The translations under genes and the position numbers were made by a program. Source: the human T2T-CHM13v2.0 reference genome, Homo sapiens. Taken from it: a stretch of 64,000 nt of DNA. Location of the stretch: NCBI RefSeq assembly GCF_009914755.1, contig NC_060928.1, one strand, 5' to 3'. Under the pieces are notes generated by a model. It saw nothing but the letters and a program-made list of their open reading frames with translations. It did no database searches and was not told the DNA's origin. Numbering within the stretch: the first letter of the stretch is position 1; every line of letters starts with the position of its first letter. Positions 31,181 to 41,799 of the stretch are shown one piece after another.

Positions 31181-31397
31181 AAAGTGCCAGGAAAAAACAA
31201 GAAGGTATCGTTGGCAGTTCTCGGGTGTGTTTTGCACAGCACACCCCATCTCTTCCAGCAGAAAGTCCTCGGCCATTGAAGCTTCGAAGCATTCTTGACA
31301 TGAGCCCTTTTACAGTGACAGACCACACCCCAATGGAGATCGTGGTGGATATTTTCCGAAAGCTGGGACTGAGGCAGTGCCTTGTAACTCACAATGG
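31181..31397 (+). CDS. CLCN3: CLCN3 coding exon (217 nt): [17 protein letters not shown]...CBS2...RQCLVTHNG
   Basis: ctcttttcag|AA ... AAT GG|gtaagt; phase 1-2; missed by the ORF track because there is no early in-frame start. Confidence 0.97.
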
Positions 31398-32469
31398 GTA
31401 AGTCTGGTACCACAGGAATCAGTTCACTTGCTAGAATATAGGATCCTTTTTAGTGGAATCTATATAGTTATTAGGGGAGCATGTGAGTCAGCTCCCAGGT
31501 GGGAAAGTCTGTCCTATGGTATAGTCACAAATATAGGATCAGTCAATCAAATTTCACATTTACTAAGGAATAAGAAAGATGTCATCTGCCTGCTCTTTGC
31601 CAAACAGTGACATTTGTAAATAATACCTCAAAGTTGGAAAAGAGGTGCTGAAAGATCTCCAGCATGAAAGCATGTTGAGCTTAGAGTGCTTCTTTTCCTA
31701 GGGAAGAGTGGACCTAACCTGCATGGAGCACTGCAAAAACCTGTTTTATTTTTGTAAATGTTTCATTTTTAGTATATAAATTTCTAGTACAATAATAAGT
31801 TTCTAGATATTTTGCTATTTACTCTTTCAGCCAATATTTGATTTATCATGTAATGAAGGAAAGAATATATACTTAAATGAAATTTGTAAATGAGCTAAAA
31901 ATCTCCTTTAACAAATGCTTTGTTTCCTTTTGTCTACCTTTCTCTATACACAAATCTTTTATATTTATATAACTGCTAAGGACAAATAAATACTCATGTA
32001 TTTAAAATGTATACATTGATAATTTATTTTTCCACCTTTTACACATGAACTGCCAGTGTTTCTCCATTGACAGGAATATAGGAAAGAAACAGATGTCACG
32101 GGGGTTGTGGAGACCTTAATGCACAGAATTGATTTAGCAAATACACTACTTCGTCACCACTGCTCTCTTTTCCTGGACCTGGGATCTGTTTCTCCACACT
32201 TCTTTCTTTAGGACCCTTCATTTCCACTATATATTCTTTCTTGTTGAACTTAAGAATGTTGTTTTATCCGAAGGCAAATACCAAAAAACAGAGGGTATTC
32301 TTGGATTATGCATAAACTGGATGGCTAATCCTGAACAGCGTAAAGCTGGTTGAAATTCTAAACAGAGAATCATAGCAGTTTTTTGTTGTTTTTTTTTTTT
32401 AACATGTTGTAGAAAACACATTGGTGACAGAATACATGACTCCTGTCCAGAGAAAGGAGAGAAAAAGAA

Positions 32470-32690
32470 CAGAAAGGAAGGAAATTTGTTTATTGAACAC
32501 CTTCATATTTTCTCATTTAACTTTGCAGGACCTCTGCAAAGTAGGTAGTTATATCCCTACTTTACAGATGTAGTAATTAAAGCTCAGGAAGCTTTAATAA
32601 TTTGCCCAAAGTCATGTGGTGAACAAGTCATGGTTCAAGGAATCAGACTGTCTTTCCTACTTTAAAACCCAGCCTCTTGCTACTATTTTG
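32470..32690. mobile_element. MIR
   Basis: actttacagatgtagtaattaaagctcagg...tttgcccaaagtcat. Confidence 0.6.
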
Positions 32691-35600
32691 CACTGTAAGT
32701 GACTGATAGAAATCCTCTTTCTTTGTGATTTCTTAAACTACTAAAACATTTTCTTGGCCAATATATTAGATTGAGTTAAGAATAGAAATATGAAACTAGA
32801 GAATTAGATCTATGTTTAGTGTTTTTCACTGCGCTAATTAAAATAACTCTTTAGGAATATGAAGTAAATCATTAAAGAGATAAAGCCCTTAAAGGCAGGG
32901 AGTTTAGAATTATTAAATTCTAATAATTTAGATACTGATTGGAGAAGAGATGTATTCATAAGTTATTATTGTTACTATTTGTCTTTGTGTAATATTGTTT
33001 GATTAAATGATGGCACCGACTTCATTAAGTTTAAAAACTCAGTACTAGTTAAATGGGGCAACTTTTCATAAAGCTTTGCTAGTCCTTGAGCCCTTTTATT
33101 TGTTAAATGGCTCAACTGGAACCTAAGCTGAGTTGTTACAAACTATTATTTGCTTCAAGTTGTTTTCTGTTCCTGGCATGGCTTTTTCTTTTGTGTACTG
33201 ACAAATATAAATGTTATTCTGTTGAGTTATGGTTAACTATGAACACAGAACTGTTAGGGATTAATTTTCATATTTCAGTTTGTTGATTAATTCCCAGGTA
33301 TTTGGCAGCATAGATATTAGAAAGGAAAATATTTAAAAGAAAGTGTAAAAATAACGAAGTGTATAGAGCGAGGGGTGGATAGCTAATTAAAATTTTGTCT
33401 GGTCCTGCCTGTTCATATGAAAAAAGGGGTTGGACTTTCTTCTAAGGGAATATATTAAATTGCTTTCATCATATTTTCCTTATTTCTGTCTGTCAAGGAA
33501 AATAAATTGATACATATATGGGGAGAAAAGAGATCATTTAGGGAAGTGGCTCATGGGACTTTTTGTTTTGTTTGAAGTGTATTAGGAAGTCGGGTGTTTT
33601 TTTTCTCACTTAAATTATTTAAAACCCAGAAAAGAAATGATATCTTCTGGTTTTTAAAGGAGACCATGAAGTTCTGCATAGCTATCATTGATGTGTAGTT
33701 CATACTGCATTTTTAGAAGTGGAAAATAGTTATTTGGAGGAAGATAACAAATCTGGAACCTTAGGTGCAAGGAGAAAAAGAATAGATGAAAGGGAAAGAT
33801 GTTTGTAAATTATAAAAATTTCAATTAGCTATTGGTTTTCTGCACTTTATATTTTAACTGCAGAATTTTTCAAAATCAGTTAATCTTGGTGGAATTAGCA
33901 GGATGTTAATAGGAGTGACTCAGAAAAAAACATTTTGTGACTGTCTAAGTTTGGAAAGTATTGGATTAAATACAATTGAGGTTTCTTTACTATGGAACTC
34001 CTCAGAACTTATAATATGTTGATATTCTTTGATTCCCAGATGAGGGGATGGGTAATAGGATACATGGTTTTCCAGACTTGTTTGAAAATGCAACTATTTT
34101 TGGGTTGCAGGGAAGGATATAGTAGAACTCATGGGAACTGGTGTTTCTTGGAACATGCTTTGGAAATGCTGGGTTATGCCCTGTTAACTCTTACATCATT
34201 AGTTTTTAGCCCAAAAGGAAACAGCAAATAATGTTTTATATGAGCCACATTTTGCGTTGATTTTCCTTCCACTCTGTAAAATTACTAAAGCAGCACTCTG
34301 ACTTTATTATGCTCAAATCGCTCTTCTCCATTAATGTGTGTTTCTCCATCTTTTAGGGTTTTTACTTTATAAATACAGAGATTACTGTGTAAAATTCTAA
34401 ATTTGCCACTGGGTCGTTATACATTTGTAACCTTCCTCACAGTATATTTTGTGATTTGGCAGAGTTTACCAATATAGATGATACTAACTGAAATTAATCA
34501 TTCTGTATAATTGGATAGAAAAGCATGAGTAAGAATTCAATTGGTATTATATTTAATTAATTGCCAAGATTTTCACATTTCCTGACTACAACAATAAAAT
34601 CAAATGAATTGATGGCTTAAAAAAAAGAAATCTCAAATGTTTAGTCAATGAAGAACATCTATTGAATGAGTGAATGTTCATTATATATAGTGCATTTTCT
34701 GAGCTTTTTTGGAGGGGGAAGTTGCTCCCATGCTCTGAGAACTTTTAAGGATCGATACATTATTTTTAACATAATAATGAGAAAACATGAGCAGAGAACC
34801 CATTTCTGTCATTCCCATTCTCTATCCTCCTGCTCCCCCACCTCCCACCCCAGCCATCAAGCTAAGTAACTATTTTACACCTGGACGTAGCTATAGGAAC
34901 AGGCTACTTTGAAGTCTCCTAGTGACATCCTTCAAGTCTGAATGTTCAAAGGCAGTTTAACAGGGAGGTTGACTTAATGAGATCATCAAGGAAATGTCCA
35001 GTCATCCTGAAGGGTATTTTGGATGGGCTTCCAGAATTTAAAGATTAAAGTTTTTTTAAGGTTTTTTTATTTTCACTGTTTATATTGCCACATTAATTTC
35101 CATTATAAAACCAGTAACCATAGTTTTGTTTTAATTAGCAATCTAATTATTTTCATGTATCCTCATTATGAGAATTTATGTCCATCACTTTGCTTGATGT
35201 GATAACAGTGACATGCTAAATGAGAAACAATTGTTATTTAGAAAAAAATGCACAAAGTGAAAGTCCTTTTAATCCCTAATCATAAATACATTTTATTAGC
35301 TTACTTTAAGAAGTGGCAGTCACAGCTCCTGAACATTAGGGAGTGTTTCTTTTGGTCAGCATTATTTATTTAGTGCACATTGCCTTTAATTTTAATTTGA
35401 AATTATAGTAAAATCCACGGGAGTTTTTAAGTCTCCTCACAGCCTTTTGCTACCTTTTCACCAAGGTAGATCCAGATGATAACTGCTGTGTTGTGACATC
35501 ATAGAAATTAGAAAAATATTTTCCTCTGAGGAAAGAACATTGTAAATGAAACTCTACATATCAGAGGTCTATAGCTATGTATCAATATTAAGTTTCTTTT

Positions 35601-35894
35601 GTACTTTGCTTTGTAGTCATCTTCATTCCAAACTTTCATAATTATTATTTTTACTTTAAAAAGAAAAATAACCCACCAATATTGAAGATTAGTATTGTGT
35701 CACTTTTGAAAGTCAGTAGAATTTATGCAAAAGGAACCTGGAACTTTAAATCATTTTGTTTTTATTTTCTAAAGTTCATGAGACTCATTCTTATGGTTCA
35801 TGTTTTTATTTTTTCTCTCATTCTTTATCATTATGATTGGAAACTCTTTTAATTTAATTTCTCACACAGTTATTAGCATAATAATCTGTTTCAG

Positions 35895-35970
35895 GATTGT
35901 CTTGGGGATCATCACAAAGAAGAACATATTAGAGCATCTCGAGCAACTAAAGCAGCACGTCGAACCCTTG
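35895..35970 (+). CDS. CLCN3: CLCN3 alternative 76-nt cassette exon (ClC-3B-type isoform): IVLGIITKKNILEHLEQLKQHVEPL
   Basis: tttcag|G ... TTG|gtgatt; phase 2-0; peptide paralogous to the terminal exon; inclusion shifts the last exon into the STTL frame, matching the known PDZ-binding ClC-3 splice variant. Confidence 0.92.
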
Positions 35971-37286
35971 GTGATTAGATATATCAGATCTCCTCATTAG
36001 ACACCTTAGAAGTCAGGAAGCATGAAACTTGTGAACTGTTGAGTTCTGTCTTTCCCAGATATCTGCTGAACAAAAATATCCTACTATGCTGCCAATTACA
36101 TTTGTATCTGATAAAATGTGTCTGTAAGATAAATTTAGATATGTGTAAAATCCCATTTATAGAAAGTAAGCAAAAGTTAACATCTCTCATCAAATCATTC
36201 ATTACAATTTCAGAACTGTAAACAGTTTGGTAGTGGAATAAGTGAATATTATTGGACATTCTTAAAGTGAATATGGCAAATCTGTCTACCTCAGTGGATA
36301 CACCGGTCTCAGAAGACACCTGACTGGTTAAAAATGTCTGACCCATCCCCGCAAGCCCTTTTTTTTTTTTTTAAATGTTTCCCGATCTTGTGGTAGTCTT
36401 ATGGTAAATCTAAGCTCCTAAAGGATTTTAAAGGAGCTTAGCAATTAGAACTGCTTACAGTTAAATGGATTTTTTAATGGGCACACTAACTAGAGTGTAA
36501 TGTGTATATTATTTGTGATCATAGCATTAGTTCTTTTTCTGCTATACCCTGCATATCTTCAAAGTCACAGTGTGTGTCCTGCCATCTCATTAGTGAATTG
36601 TACCTAGATTATGTGTGTGCCCCTTTTGTATGATGTTTCTGGAACGCTATAAGCAGCTTTTAGAGTCAAATGCATTCATTTTAACTGGCTTTATGTCCTA
36701 GTGGTTTCATGACTACAAATTTGAATTATCTTACTGCATAACATAAAAAATGTCTGGCTTTAGCAATTAATGCCCGAAATTATTTTGCCCTGCAATTGTC
36801 ATACCTGTATGAAACCTGTCCCAGTTTGCTTAAGTGCACAACTGATTATGTATTCCTGTGTGTATGCTAATATTTCACAAGTGTTTCATGCATCCTTTTT
36901 TAAAAAACTACTAACCAGAATATTATCGTAGCTACTCATTCATTCTGCTTTCTGCTTCACCTATAATAATCTTTTAGGACTGCCTTCTGATTTTTCACCT
37001 ATCTTTTAATGTAAGCATTAACAACTAAGACTTTCATAAAAGCACTGTATCTTAACTTTCCTGGCCTAAATCAAAAAAAGGAAAACATTGATAAGTGTCC
37101 TAGAAACTTGGATTCTTTTATAGATTTGTTCTTGGGGCTCTGATGTTTGGGATTGACGTTCTGTGCTGACCATTTTATATGCATTTTATCTTAATAGTAT
37201 GTGCTTTCATGAAGATTCTGATACAAGTGGGCAATCCTTAAATTATCTTTGAAAAATTGGTTAATTTTGGTTAAAAAAGGGAAAGT

Positions 37287-37588
37287 GGCTGGGTGCAGTG
37301 GCTCACGCCTGTAATCCCCAGCACTTTGGGAGGCCGGGACGGGTGGATCACAAGGTCAGGAGTTGAAGCCCAGTCTGGCCAACATGGTGAAACCCTGTCT
37401 CTACTGAAAATAATTGGGGCATGGTGGCACATGCCTGTAATCCCAGCTACTTGGGAAGCTGAGGCAGGAGAATTGCTTGAACCGGGGACCCAGGAGGCGG
37501 AGGTTGCAGTGAGCTGAGATCGCGCCACTGCACTCCAGCCTGGGCTACAGAGCGAGACTCTGTCTCAAAAAATAAATAAATAAATAAA
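37287..37588 (+). mobile_element. Alu (AluS-like)
   Basis: Full Alu with a small internal insertion (accggggacccagg) and (aaat)n tail. Confidence 0.92.
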
Positions 37589-38009
37589 TGAAAAAGAGAA
37601 AATATTGAGAGGATTTGGTCATCATTTTACTGCTCTCTTCATGTGATGGAAATCAATTTTCCTTCTCAAATGGGATCAGTATCATTTCCTAGTCATACAT
37701 CCATCCAGTTTTTGTTACTTTTTTGTTGGCATACATTAATCAAAATAGCTCTGCTTCATTGAGGCATGCAGTCCTCAGACTCTCGGTGGAAAGGCTGTCA
37801 TACTATTAGTGACCATAGTAACTTTTTATACCAAAGGATGGTTGCTGGATAATTTTAATATCTTTACCAATAAAGTACTTTTTGGAAATACAAAATCAGG
37901 CTGCTTGCTTTGCTCTATTCCTGTCAACAAAAAGGATTTAGCTATAGATTTAGCTTCTCCTTTTATTTTCCCTTTTATTTCATAGGAGTCTTCTGTTTAT
38001 TCCTTTCAG

Positions 38010-38100
38010 GCGCCTCCTTGGCATTATAACAAAAAAAGATATCCTCCGGCATATGGCCCAGACGGCAAACCAAGACCCCGCTTCAATAATGTTCAACTGA
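38010..38100 (+). CDS. CLCN3: CLCN3 terminal coding exon, main frame: [29 protein letters not shown]
   Basis: ctttcag|G; TGA at 38098-38100; canonical ClC-3 C-terminus. Confidence 0.98.
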
Positions 38101-38168
38101 ATCTCACAGATGAGGAGAGAGAAGAAACGGAAGAGGAAGTTTATTTGTTGAATAGCACAACTCTTTAA
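38010..38168 (+). CDS. CLCN3: CLCN3 terminal exon, alternative frame (with cassette): [52 protein letters not shown]
   Basis: 53 codons open to TAA at 38166-38168; ends in class I PDZ ligand T-T-L; acidic cluster. Confidence 0.9.
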
Positions 38169-38625
38169 CCTGAGGGAGTCATCTACTTTTTTTTCCTCCT
38201 TTACAAAAAAAGAAAGGAAATATAAAAGCCGGGTTTTTGCAACATGGTTTGCAAATAATGCTGGTGGAATGGAGGAGTTGTTTGGGGAGGGAAAGGAGAG
38301 AGAAGGAAAGGAGTGAGGTATTTCCCGTCTAACAGAAAGCAGCGTATCAACTCCTATTGTTCTGCACTGGATGCATTCAGCTGAGGATGTGCCTGATAGT
38401 GCAGGCTTGCGCCTCAACAGAGATGACAGCAGAGTCCTCGAGCACCTGGCCTGTTGCTCCAACATTGCAAAGACACATTATCAGTCCCTATTTCTAGAGG
38501 GATTACTTTGAATTGAGCCATCTATAAAACTGCAAGGTCTTGCCCTTTTTTTTAATCAAAACTGTTCTGTTTAATTCATGAATTGTATAGTTAAGCATTA
38601 CCTTTCTACATTCCAGAAGAGCCTT

Positions 38626-38630
<5 letters not shown>

Positions 38631-38678
<48 letters not shown>
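38631..38678. repeat. (CT)24 microsatellite in CLCN3 3'UTR
   Basis: Perfect repeat counted directly. Confidence 0.97.
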
Positions 38679-38681
<3 letters not shown>

Positions 38682-39555
38682 GAGCTGTAACAAAGCCTCT
38701 TTAAATCGGTGTATCCTTTTGAAGCAGTCCTTTCTCATATTGAGATGTACTGTGATTTTACTGAGGTTTCATCACAAGAAGGGAGTGTTTCTTGTGCCAT
38801 TAACCATGTAGTTTGTACCATCACTAAATGCTTGGAACAGTACACATGCACCACAACAAAGGCTCATCAAACAGGTAAAGTCTCGAAGGAAGCGAGAACG
38901 AAATCTCTCATTGTGTGCCGTGTGGCTCAAAACCGAAAACAATGAAGCTTGGTTTTAAAGGATAAAGTTTTCTTTTTTGTTTTCCTCTCAGACTTTATGG
39001 ATAATGTGACCGGGTCTTATGCAAATTTTCTATTTCTAAAACTACTACTATGATATACAAGTGCTGTTGAGCATAATTAAATAAAATGCTGCTGCTTTGA
39101 CAGTAAAGAGAAGGAAGTATTCTGATTAGCTGTATCTGGTATTAATTGCATGTTAAAACACTGGAATTTTTAAAATTGAAATTAGATCAGTCATTCTTTT
39201 CTTTTCTCAAGATATCTCATGGCTGACACTGAAGAAGAAATGTAATTCATAACTTGCACTAAATGTATATTTTTTTTCTTAAAAATTTACCATTCTTATT
39301 TATATTTTTATGGATTAAAATTTATAAAATACAGATCAGTTAATATTGCACTTAAGTAATTTTACCTTTTTAATGTGATTTTTATAGAATAATTCAGACT
39401 TACAAATACAGAGATATGAACAAAGTTTACAGTGGGAACAAAGGTTTAAAAAAAGGTTGTGGTTCTCTCTCTGTGATCCAGTGTGCACATAAACCTTTCT
39501 CTGATCTTTCACTGCCATCCTCTGGATTATGTCTTCTGACCTGTCCATTTTGACC

Positions 39556-39610
39556 CATTAACTGGAAAGTTGAAAAACTACATTAACTGGAAAGTTGAAA
39601 AACTACATTA
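39556..39610. repeat. Perfect 25-bp tandem duplication (cattaactggaaagttgaaaaacta) x2.2
   Basis: Copies at 39556-39580 and 39581-39605, plus catta. Confidence 0.97.
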
Positions 39611-39618
39611 CTTTGGAG

Positions 39619-39624
39619 AATAAA
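39619..39624 (+). terminator. CLCN3: Candidate proximal poly(A) signal AATAAA (another at 39080-39085)
   Basis: Hexamer seen; a genomic A-run about 25 nt downstream makes oligo-dT mispriming possible. Confidence 0.45.
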
Positions 39625-39967
39625 ACCGAAAGTTCGTGTATACCTTCTTAAAAAAAAAATCAAACCAAAAATGTGAAAACAATAGAATTGCAAAGATAGC
39701 AGTTAAAATTTTAATCTGAAAATAACCTTTGAATCTCGGGCTAGGTTACGTCCATATTTGAAGTGGTCAGTGATGGTTTGAACATTTTTTGCAGGATGAG
39801 TTAAAATGCACTGGATTATATTTGGGATTTTTGTTTTTGGAATTGTCTGTTTTAATCACAGCCTTAATTCACAATTGGCAAAGGCAGTTTACTCAAAGGA
39901 CTGGGCTAAATATTCTGTAATTATGCATTTTTGATAGGAAAATGAAATTTTTGCAAACAGACATTTT

Positions 39968-40236
39968 CTTTTTTTTTGGCTGGAGTGCAGTGGGGCATGG
40001 TCTTGGCTCACTGCAGCGTTGACCACCTGGGCTCAAGTGATACTCCCGCCTCAGCCACCCAAGTAGCTGGCACTACGGGCACACGCCACCATGCCCAGCT
40101 AATTTTTTTGTATTTTTAGTAGAGATGGGGTTTTGCCATGCTGCCCAGGCTGGTCTCAACTCCTCAGCTCAAGCAATCTGCCTGCGTGAGCCTCCCAAAG
40201 TGGTGGAATTACAGGCGTGGGCCACTGCGCCTGGCC
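39968..40236 (-). mobile_element. AluJ-like, antisense within CLCN3 3'UTR
   Basis: Reverse Alu lacking about 25 nt next to the tail; target-site duplication acagacattttct. Confidence 0.9.
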
Positions 40237-41285
40237 CAGACAGACATTTTCTGAAACACAACTGGCAATGAGCTGTTTTTACATTTTGAAAGTGATTCTT
40301 CACTTCCTAGTTCTTAATTATAGTATACCTATTAAGATCTGTAAGATCCTGAAGACATAAGATCATGAAGCCATATAAGAATGAGGATTGAAAGTTGAGC
40401 AAAATTTTCGGGATTTTGGGAAACATTCTTAGCTGTGCTATCTGCCTAAAATTATTCCTTATTACTTCTCTCCTTTGACAGACTTCAAGTTTTCTTCATA
40501 GCCCTTTCAAAGTTTTTTGAGCCATCCAGAGTAAAATCATTTCTAAATGATAGTTCTGTATATCTCCAACTCGTCTTAAGTGTATTTGCCTGTGTGCAAC
40601 GTATTGCTAGACTATGAACTCCTCAGCATGGCTGCTGGATAACTTAATTGTCCTGAGTTAATAGCCTTCAAAGGACAAATCGGTTTCTTTGCAGATAGCT
40701 TCGTAAAACTTCACATGGAGTTTATTTTATCATATTTCCCTTTTTTATTTCTGCTCCTCCTTTAATTGCCCATCTTGCTTCAGAGACTGACATTTCAGGG
40801 TGGATATTAATTAAAGCATTAATTTTGTTTTTTGGTATATTTCTATCCCTAGTATTTCTATCTTACTGCTAAAATACAGGAAAAGTGCCGTATTTTTAAT
40901 GCATTTAGTGGTTTTCTTTGGTGTTATCTGTTCCATTTTTCTTTTTCATACATTGAAGTGTGTCTCCTTTTCAACCAAAATAATGAAATAGTGGAGACCA
41001 TGAAATTGTTGTGCCTGGCTAATTGGCAAATTAATTTACCAATATAATAAGTGTAGCGCCTTGTTTGAATACCCTTTTTGAGAAGGTATGATGAGAATGG
41101 GCAAGGGTGTCAGCATCTCTTCTTCTTAATAATTAATTGTTTTCAGTTTTGGTTCACGAAGAATGCTTAGTTAATCTGTAATGTTGCCTAGAGCTGTATT
41201 TATCTGTTTTTATTTATACTAGTGTAGTAAAGCTGCATATCATTACAGTAAAAACGACTACTGTGATGAGTTAATCAGAAAATCT

Positions 41286-41291
41286 ATTAAA
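41286..41291 (+). terminator. CLCN3: CLCN3 distal poly(A) signal ATTAAA
   Basis: ATTAAA, CA about 11-13 nt later, then GT-rich element; a weaker AGTAAA lies at 41771-41776. Confidence 0.7.
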
Positions 41292-41526
41292 ATCTATATG
41301 ACAATGTGTGGTTTGGCCTTTAATTATATCTGTAACAGTCCTCCCTCTTCACTGCTGCCCTACGCAGTGTAGGCCGATATGCCTGGCACAGGGAGCCCCA
41401 AAAAGGTAATAATTATAATGCTTCTCTCAGGTTACAAAGCATTTCTACACTTTGCAAGCAAGGAGCAATAGAAGAGTAGATAGATGCTGGATTGACAGCA
41501 GGATGTTCATACCACCAGCAATGGTT

Positions 41527-41556
41527 TAGCGCCCCCATTTGTCAGTGAAAGCTGCA
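41527..41556 (-). promoter_or_regulatory. Candidate CTCF binding site
   Basis: Minus strand TGCAGCTTT-CACTG-ACAAATGGGGGCGCTA: core GGGGGCGCTA plus upstream TGCAG module; judged by eye. Confidence 0.5.
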
Positions 41557-41799
41557 GGTCCACAGAAAACTGATTTCATTTCAGCTCACTTTCAAAAGTG
41601 ATTTTTTTTTTTTTCGCAAGAAAAATTACGCTATTTGCATGAAAAGAGGTAAAACGATTTATTTACATGTCTTTAAAAAATCACCTTGGACATTTGCTAA
41701 TAGAACTGCCAAAAGAGGGTGGTAAGTAACAACCTTTGATTAAGATGTGGTCTTTTACTATTAAGCTTTTAGTAAAAAGGAACACACTAAAAGTTCAGA

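Larger units (their letters stand above)
38101..41305 (+). other. CLCN3: CLCN3 3'UTR (long form)
   Basis: Follows the stop; ends at ATTAAA 41286-41291 with downstream GT-rich tgtgtggtttgg and upstream TGTA elements. Confidence 0.75.

Noticed and set aside
37980-38465. 161-aa antisense ORF over the CLCN3 last exon
   Set aside because: Non-ATG start, no recognisable domain or promoter/splice context; most simply a shadow of the dual-coding exon and purine-rich UTR
39556-39610. Short direct repeats as a CRISPR-like array
   Set aside because: Two adjacent copies with no spacers in eukaryotic DNA; a simple slippage duplication
41350-41375. Second CTCF-like motif (ctgctgccctacgcag)
   Set aside because: Needs a gap to fit the core consensus; too weak
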